DNA of 52,359 nt from a virus (Duplodnaviria; Caudoviricetes), in the IMG/VR virus record IMGVR_UViG_3300007734_000723, positions 1-52,359 of that record, one strand, 5' to 3'. Under the pieces are notes generated by a model, which made no database searches, was not told the origin of the DNA, and saw only the letters and a list, made by a program, of their open reading frames with translations. The position numbers were made by a program, and so were the translations under genes. Shown one piece after another: positions 9,828 to 17,350 of the stretch. Within the stretch, counting starts at the first letter, position 1. Each line of letters begins with the position of its first letter.

Positions 9828-10190
9828 GTGAAACTATCCGAGTTGAAAGCGCACTTGATTGTGCGAACAGGGGAATTAGACCACCCTACCCTCTCCAATT
9901 TTCGCTATACGGAAGATTTCAGCGAAGCGGAAGGCGTTTGGTTCGCGTGCCCCGCCTGTTTTGCGAAGAATGGCGGACTTGCGGGGACGCATTACATTTG
10001 TTGCTGGTCTCCGAAAGTTCCGCTCGGCGTATCGCCGGGACCTGGCAGGTGGGAGATGCACGGAACGGGGATTCACGACCTGACGCTCGAAGGCGACTCG
10101 GCTCGGCAGAAATCGCGCTCTGTGCATCTAACTGGCGCAGGTTGCGGGGCGCATTTCTACGTAACGAATGGCGAGATACAGATGTGCTAA
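9828..10190 (+). CDS. DUF6527-like Cys/His-rich protein
   Basis: GTG start with GGAGGT RBS at 9816-9821. Pattern FACPAC..H..W..G..LTL..S..C..H..VTNGEI. Confidence 0.55.
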   Translation: MKLSELKAHLIVRTGELDHPTLSNFRYTEDFSEAEGVWFACPACFAKNGGLAGTHYICCWSPKVPLGVSPGPGRWEMHGTGIHDLTLEGDSARQKSRSVHLTGAGCGAHFYVTNGEIQMC

Positions 10191-10239
10191 TGTCATTTCG
10201 TGAATCGTCGAATTGTAGAAAATCAGGATTCACGAAAAC

Positions 10240-10268
10240 AAGCCCCCTCCGAACTGGCAGGGGGCTTT
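10240..10268. terminator. Bidirectional intrinsic terminator at the convergent late/early junction of phage B
   Basis: AAGCCCCCT-CCGAACTGGC-AGGGGGCTT hairpin between convergent genes. Confidence 0.75.
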
Positions 10269-10280
10269 CGCTTACGAGGG

Positions 10281-10556
10281 TTAGTATCGAATCCAGCAAT
10301 AGGGAGTAGCGCCTCCAAATTCCGCCCAATTTAGCCAGACGCTACCATCTGAATCTATGTGGCTTCGGCGGTTCGCTTTTTCGATGAGTTCGGCGCTATT
10401 CTCTACCGGAATCCAGCCCTCACTTTCCTCCGTTGGCGGCGCGGATGTTGCAAGGAATATGTTTGTCGTAGGCGGAAACCACTTCGCAAGGGACTCCAGC
10501 GCCAGAACCGAAATGAACCCGTTCAACTCTTCCGCCGTCATGTTGATAACCCTCAT
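10281..10556 (-). CDS. Hypothetical protein
   Basis: Overlaps the stop of the upstream DUF2958 gene (ATGA). Confidence 0.6.
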   Translation of the reverse strand: MRVINMTAEELNGFISVLALESLAKWFPPTTNIFLATSAPPTEESEGWIPVENSAELIEKANRRSHIDSDGSVWLNWAEFGGATPYCWIRY

Positions 10557-10873
10557 AACACCAGCCCCCTGAGACTACGCCCTAACTCCCCTACTGGAGT
10601 CGGCTTGAACCACAGGTCGCGCTCTACAGGAAGCCCCAGCCGCCCCCTCACGCTCTTTAAGTCCTCAAGCGAGAAATAGCCCCACTCTACTTCTAATCCG
10701 TCTACGATGCCGAAGAAAGTATTCTCTTCGGGGTCGAATTCCAGCGCGTACCATGTCCAGCCCGCGTCGGGGGTGAAGAATTTGCAGATAGCCTTCTTCT
10801 CGCCTCGCGGTAGTTTCTCGGTGGCGTGCATCGGCGGTAGTTGTTCGCGAATCTCTTTGGGTAGCAGTTCCAT
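10553..10873 (-). CDS. DUF2958 family protein
   Basis: KFFTPDAGWTWY...FFG.VDG.E.EWGYFSL..L...VERDLWF signature. Start ATG 10873 with GAGAGG RBS. Confidence 0.85.
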   Translation of the reverse strand: MELLPKEIREQLPPMHATEKLPRGEKKAICKFFTPDAGWTWYALEFDPEENTFFGIVDGLEVEWGYFSLEDLKSVRGRLGLPVERDLWFKPTPVGELGRSLRGLVL

Positions 10874-10887
10874 TGTCGTTTTCCTCT

Positions 10888-11175
10888 CTATTCGTTCATT
10901 TTGCGCGTAAAGGCGGCGCAGGATAGGGTGTAGGCTGGATTCACGGTTACGATGTTCTGTATCGTGTTGACGTTTTCGGCTTTGCAGACTCTGTATTCGT
11001 GGCAGATGCCGGGCGCGGTGTAAAGGCTTTCGCGGAAGGCTATCCATTTGACGGCTTGCTCAGGGTTTGCGAAGGGCGCGTAGTTGGCGGTCAGGGTCTC
11101 TCCGTCGCTGGCGTAGGTAGTTTTACACTCTACGTAAAAGCAGGAATTCGGCTCAGGTTTGGTTAATGTAGGCAT
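10888..11175 (-). CDS. Hypothetical protein
   Basis: AAGGAG RBS; in an operon with the SWIM and DUF2958 genes. Confidence 0.65.
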   Translation of the reverse strand: MPTLTKPEPNSCFYVECKTTYASDGETLTANYAPFANPEQAVKWIAFRESLYTAPGICHEYRVCKAENVNTIQNIVTVNPAYTLSCAAFTRKMNE

Positions 11176-11198
11176 TGCTTGATACTCCTTCGGGGGTG

Positions 11199-11237
11199 AG
11201 GGGATAGAGGAGGTAACGACTCCCCTATCCCCTTTTT
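11199..11237 (+). terminator. Hairpin with a U-tract on the + strand, inside the minus-strand operon
   Basis: AGGGGATAGAGGAG / CTCCCCTATCCCCT stem followed by TTTT. Confidence 0.5.
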
Positions 11238-11242
11238 GTTGC

Positions 11243-11650
11243 CTATCTTACGAACGGCTCTTCTGAAAGTTCTTTCCATCTCAGGTAACTCTCTAGGCTC
11301 ATTTCGCAAGATTCCGCTTCGAGTTCGTCTTCTCGTTGGACTAACCTCTTCTCTTCCGCCCTCTCCTCCGCTTTGAGCGTCTCATAAGCGAGAATGTGCT
11401 TGCAGTACTCTCCTCTGTTCTGGTAGTCGGGGCAAGAGCAGCCTTCCGAGAAAACAGCGTCCGTGTCGCTCAGATTTATGAAGTATGTGGCGTAGGGCTG
11501 ATTGGGCTTGCAGACCGTGACAACCTTTATTTCAGGGTGCAACTCGAAGGTGTACCCTTCGGTGAGTATCGCTTTCGCTTTCTCATTGGTTCGGGCTAGT
11601 CTAAGGGCTTCGGTTGCGTTGGTAGGGATGATTTCGGATAGGTTTTTCAT
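11243..11650 (-). CDS. SWIM zinc-finger protein
   Basis: CSCPDY...CKHILA (CxC-xn-CxH). Confidence 0.85.
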   Translation of the reverse strand: MKNLSEIIPTNATEALRLARTNEKAKAILTEGYTFELHPEIKVVTVCKPNQPYATYFINLSDTDAVFSEGCSCPDYQNRGEYCKHILAYETLKAEERAEEKRLVQREDELEAESCEMSLESYLRWKELSEEPFVR

Positions 11651-11679
11651 TAGGAACTCCTTGTTGGTTTGTTACTTAT

Positions 11680-11766
11680 ATACTACCCTGAAACATTACA
11701 AATAGGAAGGTATGAAGGGAAGTTTTTCAAGTATTTTACATTATTTTTTGTAATGTATGGTACAAT
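11680..11766. promoter_or_regulatory. Divergent promoters sharing a TTTGTAATGT box
   Basis: Minus strand TTCCTA-17-TAGTAT (11708-11680); plus strand TGG-TACAAT (11761-66). Boxes at 11693-11702 and 11747-11756; palindrome TACATTA-N7-TAATGTA at 11737-11757. Confidence 0.55.
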
Positions 11767-11785
11767 GAATTTGGAGGTAACGAAT

Positions 11786-11998
11786 ATGGAGTACTTAACG
11801 GTTCCAGAGGCGGCAAAGGAGGCGGATGTCACGCCTAACGCGCTCTATAACGCCATGCGAGAGGGGCGTTTGAAGCACACTGAAAAATACGGAAAACGGC
11901 TTATCCCGCGCCCTGCGCTTGAGGATTACAAGACACGAACGGCGGGCGTAGGCAAAACAGGCGGAAAGCCTAGAAAGGCGGTAGGGGGCAATGAATAG
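11786..11998 (+). CDS. Excisionase-like HTH (HTH_17) DNA-binding protein
   Basis: MEYLTVPEAAKEADVT...REGRL...KRLIPR; GGAGGT RBS. Confidence 0.8.
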   Translation: MEYLTVPEAAKEADVTPNALYNAMREGRLKHTEKYGKRLIPRPALEDYKTRTAGVGKTGGKPRKAVGGNE

Positions 11999-12245
11999 CG
12001 AGATGAACAACCTGCTAAACAGCATCAAGCGGGATATGTGGGCGGTTATCGGCGGACTGAACGCGGGCGACTCGCAGGGGGCGAAGGAGTTGGCGGCGGG
12101 GGTCTGTACGAAAATAGCGGACTATCAGGCGGCGATACGGATGGCAGAGGAGGTGGCGAACCCCAACCGTTACGCACTGGCGGGGCTGACCGCGCCCAAC
12201 TACGCCCACGACGGGGAGGATGGGGACGAGGGGGAGGGGGTATAG
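11991..12245 (+). CDS. Hypothetical protein
   Basis: Coupled to the HTH gene; convergent with the integrase. Confidence 0.6.
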   Translation: MNSEMNNLLNSIKRDMWAVIGGLNAGDSQGAKELAAGVCTKIADYQAAIRMAEEVANPNRYALAGLTAPNYAHDGEDGDEGEGV

Positions 12246-12351
12246 ATTTCAAAATACGGCAGGAAGTATGTGGTGTAATATGATGTAAGAATGGGATTTA
12301 ATACTTACCTTCTGTACAGTCTTTCCCGAACGTCTATCCAAAAAGTAAGTG

Positions 12352-14001
12352 TTAATCTTTGTGCTTGTAGGTCCCGCGAGGCTTACCTAATCTCGAATGC
12401 GCGATTTCCACACGCTCCGTGCGCTCGCCTTCGGGGGCGTAAAATACCACATCGAGCCACTGTATTTGCTGGCGGTCGCTGTCGGGAGAGGGTATGCTAA
12501 TTCGCTTGACAAGCAGTCGCAGAAGGTCGTGCTGGGCTTCTACAGAAGCGGAGGCTATAAATGCCTCCATGCCCCCAAGTGTTTCGATTTGACGCAAGAG
12601 AGGGGCAGAGAGGCGGATTTCGGGGCGTTCCAATTTTGCGGAGAGCGTTTCGATTTTCGCCTGTAGTTTCTGAATGTCGACTCCAAGCGTCTCAAGCGTT
12701 TTGTCATAGAGGCTCTTGCCATTTTTGTCACGTGTTCCGTAGTGCGGGAGTTGCAGGTAGAACGAAGCTCTCCCCACTAGCTCCTCCAGTGTGCTTCGCT
12801 TTTCTCTCAACTCTCGCTCCGCAGTCCGCTTCTCCATCACTGCCTTTGCTGAATCGTCCTGAACGCGCTTCTTAGGCGGCTTGAGGGATTGAGTTGGCAA
12901 ACTCTCCATAAACGCCGCTACGCCTCGCCAGACCGCAGGCTCGACTAAATGACGCATGACGGTATGCAGACGATGCGGCTCCCCTGTTTCGGCGCATCCG
13001 CAGCTGTAAAATTTGTAGTGGCGGTGCATCTTGCCGCCTTTGACACAGTAGAGAAGCCCTGTGAGTAGCCCTTTTGTGGGCGGGGCTTTCCTGCGTTCGT
13101 GCACAGCCTCTTGCAGTGCCTCCCACTCCTCGACAGTGATTGGGTGGGGCAGGGGGACGGTCTCGCCCTCGACTCGCGTGACAAGCGGCTCCTCGCTCCA
13201 TATCCAGCGTGCGGAGGGCTGTTGGACGCTGTTGCCTTCACGGTCTACGCTTTTGGTTTTGACAAGGTAGCCTGTATAGAAGGGGTTGCGAATGATGTTT
13301 CCGATAGAGCCTTTAAGCCACTTGGAAGAGGCGTGGGCAGCCTTACCTTCTCCGGGCGGGGTAATGCCTCTCTCGCTCAACTCCTGCGCGACGCTGTAGC
13401 ACCCGACGCGCCGGATACGCTGGAATATCTCCTCCACGATAGGGTATTCGGCGGGGTGGGTGACATAACACGCCAATTCCTTATCCCACCTGTAGCCATA
13501 AGGCGCGTACCCCTGCGAAAGCTTGCCAGAGCGGGCGCGTTGCTCGTTGGCGGCTTTACGGCGATACGAGAAGGATCGGCGCTCTTTTTCGCCCAGAACG
13601 GCAAGGATTTGCAGGAGGGTGGTGTCGAAATGCTCGTTGAAGTGGTAGGTTCCGCGTTGGGTGATGAGGCGCACTTCGCCCTTAAAAAAGGCGTTGGAGA
13701 TGGTTTTAAGGTCGGCTACGTCACGTGTCAGGCGGTCAACATCGAAGGCGATGACGGTATGCACCTCCTTGCGCCGGCAACGTTCCAGCAGGGCGAGGAT
13801 TTCGGGGCGTTCGTTCAGGCTCCCGCCGCTGGCGAGTTCGACTACGACCTGAGAGGGCGCGAGGTCAATGTTGTGGTGCTTCGCGATGGTGAGGAGGATG
13901 TCGCGGCGTAGGGCTATCTTGTCTTCCATGCTCACACCCCGCTCTTTCTCTTCATCGCGAGAGAGGCGTAGGTAAGCAATTATGGCGGGGTCTTGGGGCA
14001 T
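12352..14001 (-). CDS. Large serine recombinase (integrase)
   Basis: AYLRLS catalytic motif, SGG..ERP, DRLTR, APYGY, recombinase domain (IIRNPFYTG), LLTGLLYC zinc-ribbon region and coiled coil. Confidence 0.95.
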   Translation of the reverse strand: MPQDPAIIAYLRLSRDEEKERGVSMEDKIALRRDILLTIAKHHNIDLAPSQVVVELASGGSLNERPEILALLERCRRKEVHTVIAFDVDRLTRDVADLKTISNAFFKGEVRLITQRGTYHFNEHFDTTLLQILAVLGEKERRSFSYRRKAANEQRARSGKLSQGYAPYGYRWDKELACYVTHPAEYPIVEEIFQRIRRVGCYSVAQELSERGITPPGEGKAAHASSKWLKGSIGNIIRNPFYTGYLVKTKSVDREGNSVQQPSARWIWSEEPLVTRVEGETVPLPHPITVEEWEALQEAVHERRKAPPTKGLLTGLLYCVKGGKMHRHYKFYSCGCAETGEPHRLHTVMRHLVEPAVWRGVAAFMESLPTQSLKPPKKRVQDDSAKAVMEKRTAERELREKRSTLEELVGRASFYLQLPHYGTRDKNGKSLYDKTLETLGVDIQKLQAKIETLSAKLERPEIRLSAPLLRQIETLGGMEAFIASASVEAQHDLLRLLVKRISIPSPDSDRQQIQWLDVVFYAPEGERTERVEIAHSRLGKPRGTYKHKD

Positions 14002-14004
14002 GGG

Positions 14005-14208
14005 CTAACGCTTGTGGGGCTTTGGCGATGGCTTAGGCTTACATACCCCGCAGGTTCCTCCGTTTTTAGCGCAGTTCTTACAATACTTGCAGTTCTTGCA
14101 GGCGTTGCAAGGGGTATCGCCGTAGCAGGTAGCAGCGTGTTTATGCTTGTGCGCCAGTGTGGGCGTGAGAGTTAGGGCGAGGCAGATGGTGATAGCGCGG
14201 TATTTCAT
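14005..14208 (-). CDS. Small secreted Cys-rich protein
   Basis: Signal peptide followed by C-x5-CxxCxxCxxCxxC-x6-CxxC. Confidence 0.7.
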   Translation of the reverse strand: MKYRAITICLALTLTPTLAHKHKHAATCYGDTPCNACKNCKYCKNCAKNGGTCGVCKPKPSPKPHKR

Positions 14209-14211
14209 GGG

Positions 14212-14667
14212 TTAGTTCCTTTCGAGTTCCGCCCTGTCGCAAAAACCAATATCTCCCTTGCGCTCTCCGGTCGCAAACCTAAATTTCACACCTCCATACC
14301 CAGCATATTCCAAAATAAGAACAGAAGTCTCATTGGGGACAAAAAACTGCTGTTGGGAGTCTAGTAGCTCTTTTTCGCCTACAGCGTCGTTAGCCAGAGC
14401 GCATTGTACGCCTTTTTCCATTGCCTCGCGGGAGGCACTGACTAGGGATTTACCATTGTCGCCGTGCAGTTTTGTCACATCGCCAATGTGGGGAATGGCA
14501 AACGACGTTGAGGCAGAAGGTGGTGAACTTGAGGCTACGGGTGATGAGGTGGAGGCGTTCTTGTTCGTCGAAAACATCGCCGAGATTGAGGGGAACAAGA
14601 AGAATAGTGCTAGCACGAAGGCGGCGAAGACCATCAGTTGCTCTCTTGTCGAGGGCGTTTTGTTCAT
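14212..14667 (-). CDS. Membrane-anchored exported protein (lysogeny operon)
   Basis: N-terminal TM segment and Ser/Pro linker. GGAGG RBS; ATGA overlap with the protease stop. Confidence 0.7.
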   Translation of the reverse strand: MNKTPSTREQLMVFAAFVLALFFLFPSISAMFSTNKNASTSSPVASSSPPSASTSFAIPHIGDVTKLHGDNGKSLVSASREAMEKGVQCALANDAVGEKELLDSQQQFFVPNETSVLILEYAGYGGVKFRFATGERKGDIGFCDRAELERN

Positions 14668-15038
14668 GCAATCCCTCCCTGCTGGCACTCGTTGGTATAA
14701 AAAAGTCGGTATTGCTCCCCAACCCGTTGTGCTAGTCGCTCGATGAACGCCTCTCTATCGTAGCGCCAGCCTTCGATTTCGTGATTCAGATAGGAGTACC
14801 AATCTCCGTCCGCCAGTGCGTGTACGACCTCGTGGGGGATGCTCTCCATGAGTTCAAAGATGTTCAGGCGCGTTGCATACGTGATAGCCTCTCCGTTCCA
14901 CTGGGCGGCACTGAGGGTCGAGTCTGGGAGGCACTTGACATTGAATCGGAGGGCGAGACCGCGCAACTCGGCGAAATTGCGAGCTGGGGGCATATCGGAA
15001 AGCAGCGTATCGTAACACAAAGACAGGTCAGACTTCAT
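14664..15038 (-). CDS. ImmA/IrrE-like zinc metallopeptidase (anti-repressor protease)
   Basis: HEVVH (HExxH) plus downstream Glu; located in the repressor operon. Start uncertain. Confidence 0.7.
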   Translation of the reverse strand: MKSDLSLCYDTLLSDMPPARNFAELRGLALRFNVKCLPDSTLSAAQWNGEAITYATRLNIFELMESIPHEVVHALADGDWYSYLNHEIEGWRYDREAFIERLAQRVGEQYRLFYTNECQQGGIA

Positions 15039-15064
15039 TGGGATTCCTATCTGGTTGGTTTTCG

Positions 15065-15499
15065 CTATTCCGTCAGGGGAGGAGCGGGGCGGGGTACTAA
15101 GAGCTGGTCGCAATTCGAAGCGATACGGGAAAGGAACTTTGCAATATCTTCTGCCAATTGCTTGTTTTCAGAGCGAAGGGGAGTCCCCATAATGTTTCCG
15201 TGGTCAGTTCGGTCTTGAATTACCTCCAACCCAAACGCAGAAACTATTTCGAGAGATTGCAGGTAGGCGCATCCCTTAATATCTAGTGGTTGTGCCCTCG
15301 CTCGCGCTTTGGCGGCATCACAATCCTGAATAACGCCCAGCATTACTGAAATACCTACTTCTGTCTCCGGTTTTGCTTCTGTCGCCTCTCTTCGGAAAAA
15401 GGCATCTGGTTTAATTTCGCCTGATTGTGTATTGCGCCAAGCCCCTGACCGCAAAGCCCTGAAAACGGTTCCCTGAAAATGGGCAGGCAGGTGCGTCAT
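15065..15499 (-). CDS. Putative ADP-ribosyltransferase-fold toxin
   Basis: VFRAL (beta1 Arg), IKPDAF, GISV (beta2 Ser), GLEVIQD..HGNI.G.P. Fold assignment is an inference. Confidence 0.45.
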   Translation of the reverse strand: MTHLPAHFQGTVFRALRSGAWRNTQSGEIKPDAFFRREATEAKPETEVGISVMLGVIQDCDAAKARARAQPLDIKGCAYLQSLEIVSAFGLEVIQDRTDHGNIMGTPLRSENKQLAEDIAKFLSRIASNCDQLLVPRPAPPLTE

Positions 15500-16038
15500 T
15501 GCAAGAGCCACTCCAATTTATGCGACAAATTGAACACGCTAATATTGTCCACAATACTACTAGAGTGTGTGGTTGCCATATATATGTGGATATAGGACGG
15601 GACTGCCGAATCTCCTTGTAAAACGAGACTGACATCCTTATCTTTGTGCCGCCAATCAATCCGTACGGCTCCATCTTCCATTATGCCGGGGCTACCATAC
15701 GGAAGCGAAAATTTCAATACTGAATATGTTTTTATTAGAAGCACCTTCGCCTTATCAAGCCATTGCGACAATGAAGGTTCTTCCGATCGCAATAATGCTA
15801 AATCTTCCAGCATAAGCCCTAATTCTTTTGTGCTTTTCCGTGCAGTCATCTCTATTTCCCCTTCCCGTAACGACTTTGTATGGTCCTTATACGGATTGGG
15901 GGAGGTTCGGGCACTACTTTTATTAGGATACGCAACGGTTTTTTTATATTGCGGAGACAGAGAGGTAATTATCTGGATGCGTCCTTCTCTGGGCTTCACA
16001 TGGATTTTTGCACGCATAGAGTCGGTAGTAATAGCCAT
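15496..16038 (-). CDS. Hypothetical protein, putative antitoxin/immunity partner
   Basis: PGIMEDGAVRIDW motif; translationally coupled to both neighbours; AT-richer than the phage core. Confidence 0.5.
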   Translation of the reverse strand: MAITTDSMRAKIHVKPREGRIQIITSLSPQYKKTVAYPNKSSARTSPNPYKDHTKSLREGEIEMTARKSTKELGLMLEDLALLRSEEPSLSQWLDKAKVLLIKTYSVLKFSLPYGSPGIMEDGAVRIDWRHKDKDVSLVLQGDSAVPSYIHIYMATTHSSSIVDNISVFNLSHKLEWLLQ

Positions 16039-16448
16039 TATTCTGCCTCACCTTCCGGCACTAAAACAGCTGATAGGGTGCGCGAACCAATATCAATGCC
16101 ATTGACGGAAAGAAATAATATGTAGTCGCCAGCGCTTGGTAAGTAGAAAGGTTCTATCACCAGTACCGATTGATGTTTGCCGACTCCTTTGAGGTCATCG
16201 AGGGTTTTTTCAGAAAGAACCTCGCGGGCAATATCAGGAGGAGTAATAGATATTTGAACTACATCGTTTTCGTAAACATTATCTATTCGCACAAATAGAC
16301 ATATCTTGGGGTATACGACAGGGTATTCAGCACTTATAACCCCATCAATGACATTGATGAGGGAAATAATACCTTTGTCAGAGCGAACCGCTAAATCGCA
16401 GAGCAACATTGTCTCGCAGGCTGGAGTCAGTTTTGTCTCTTCGCTCAT
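16038..16448 (-). CDS. DUF6941-like beta-sandwich protein
   Basis: LLCD.A....G..SLI.V.D....YP...P and F..PSAGDY...L.VNG..IG pattern. Confidence 0.65.
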   Translation of the reverse strand: MSEETKLTPACETMLLCDLAVRSDKGIISLINVIDGVISAEYPVVYPKICLFVRIDNVYENDVVQISITPPDIAREVLSEKTLDDLKGVGKHQSVLVIEPFYLPSAGDYILFLSVNGIDIGSRTLSAVLVPEGEAE

Positions 16449-16888
16449 TCCTTCTTCCTCGCCTCTTCTTCCCTCTGCAACCGTTCTTCGATACGCGCTA
16501 TCTCGAACTCGGCTTCCGCCTCCAGCCGCTTGATGTAGGCATCTCGTTCACGACCCGGCGCGAGAGCCTTCGCCACCTTGCCATGTAGCCCCCAGACGCG
16601 CTGTAGTTCGGGCGGGAGGTCGTCTAGCGTTTCCTCGTAGGTCAGTTCGGTGGGCGCGAATCCTGCGGCGCGAACAACGACGGAAGCAGGCTCCCCTAGC
16701 GCTTTGGCTATACGCTCACACGTCTCATAACTGGGGCGCGAAGGTTTCCCATCGCTTCGACGCGAGCGGTCATTTTCGTAGTTTCCCCATTGCTGAGGCG
16801 ACATACTTGCAATGCCCGCGCATCGGGTAATACTCCAACCCTTCGCCTCGCGAACTTCTCTAACATATTCCCCAAAAGTTGCCATCAT
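16445..16888 (-). CDS. XRE-family phage repressor
   Basis: FGEYVREVREAKGWS..CA..A.MSPQQW.NYEN...PS...ERIAKAL HTH; divergent from Cro. Start placed at 16888 because the -10 element overlaps ATG 16900. Confidence 0.88.
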   Translation of the reverse strand: MMATFGEYVREVREAKGWSITRCAGIASMSPQQWGNYENDRSRRSDGKPSRPSYETCERIAKALGEPASVVVRAAGFAPTELTYEETLDDLPPELQRVWGLHGKVAKALAPGRERDAYIKRLEAEAEFEIARIEERLQREEEARKKE

Positions 16889-16898
16889 TAGTATACTC

Positions 16899-17002
16899 AT
16901 TATAAGCCTATTGACTTATATTGTACAACACAGGTTTCACAATCTGCAATATGTATTTTTTAAGTCAAATGACTTGCTTAATTTATTAAGACATGATACA
17001 AT
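16899..17002. promoter_or_regulatory. Immunity switch: divergent promoters and operators O1/O2
   Basis: Minus TTGTAC-18-TATAAT (16928-16899); plus TTGCTT-17-TACAAT (16974-17002). Operators TAAGCCTATTGACTTA (16903-18) and TAAGTCAAATGACTTG (16961-76). Confidence 0.75.
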
Positions 17003-17009
17003 GATAGGT

Positions 17010-17279
17010 ATGAGAACTCTAACCACACCTAAAAAAGACAATCGCCGCACCCTGCGGGCTGACGCTATGCCAAACAGTTTAATGTTCTTGAGAGAGGGAA
17101 AGGGAATCTCAAGACAGGATTTTGCTGATAAGTATGGTGTACCCTCTCAGCAGGTCTATGATTGGGAAACAGGTCGCCGACCTATACCGCGAAAAATGCT
17201 TTTTACGCTAGCAGAATTCTTTGGCGTATCCCCTCAATCGCTCGATGCTCCCCCTTCAAAAAAATTTGCAGAAAACTAA
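17010..17279 (+). CDS. Cro-like HTH regulator
   Basis: LREGKGISRQDFA...VPSQQVYDWETGRR.P...LAEFFGVS. ATG is 7 nt after the -10 element. Confidence 0.85.
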   Translation: MRTLTTPKKDNRRTLRADAMPNSLMFLREGKGISRQDFADKYGVPSQQVYDWETGRRPIPRKMLFTLAEFFGVSPQSLDAPPSKKFAEN

Positions 17280-17318
17280 GTCAAAAGACTTGACATTATA
17301 AGTCAAATGACTTATAAT
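17277..17318 (+). promoter_or_regulatory. Consensus early lytic promoter with operators O3/O4
   Basis: TTGACA(17290)-17-TATAAT(17313). TAAGTCAAAAGACTTG at 17277-92 and TAAGTCAAATGACTTA at 17299-314. Confidence 0.9.
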
Positions 17319-17350
17319 GGAGGTATAGAACTTGAAGGGAGATACCTCAG

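Noticed and set aside
12352-14001. Integrase-mediated insertion of phage B into phage A
   Set aside because: The integrase is 2.6 kb inside the unit and the junctions are an 8.7-kb homology, not short att cores.
9714-17279. Track start sites for several ORFs (9714, 11047, 11669, 15113, 16812, 16900)
   Set aside because: Better starts lie downstream, judged by RBS position, promoter position or overlap with neighbouring genes.
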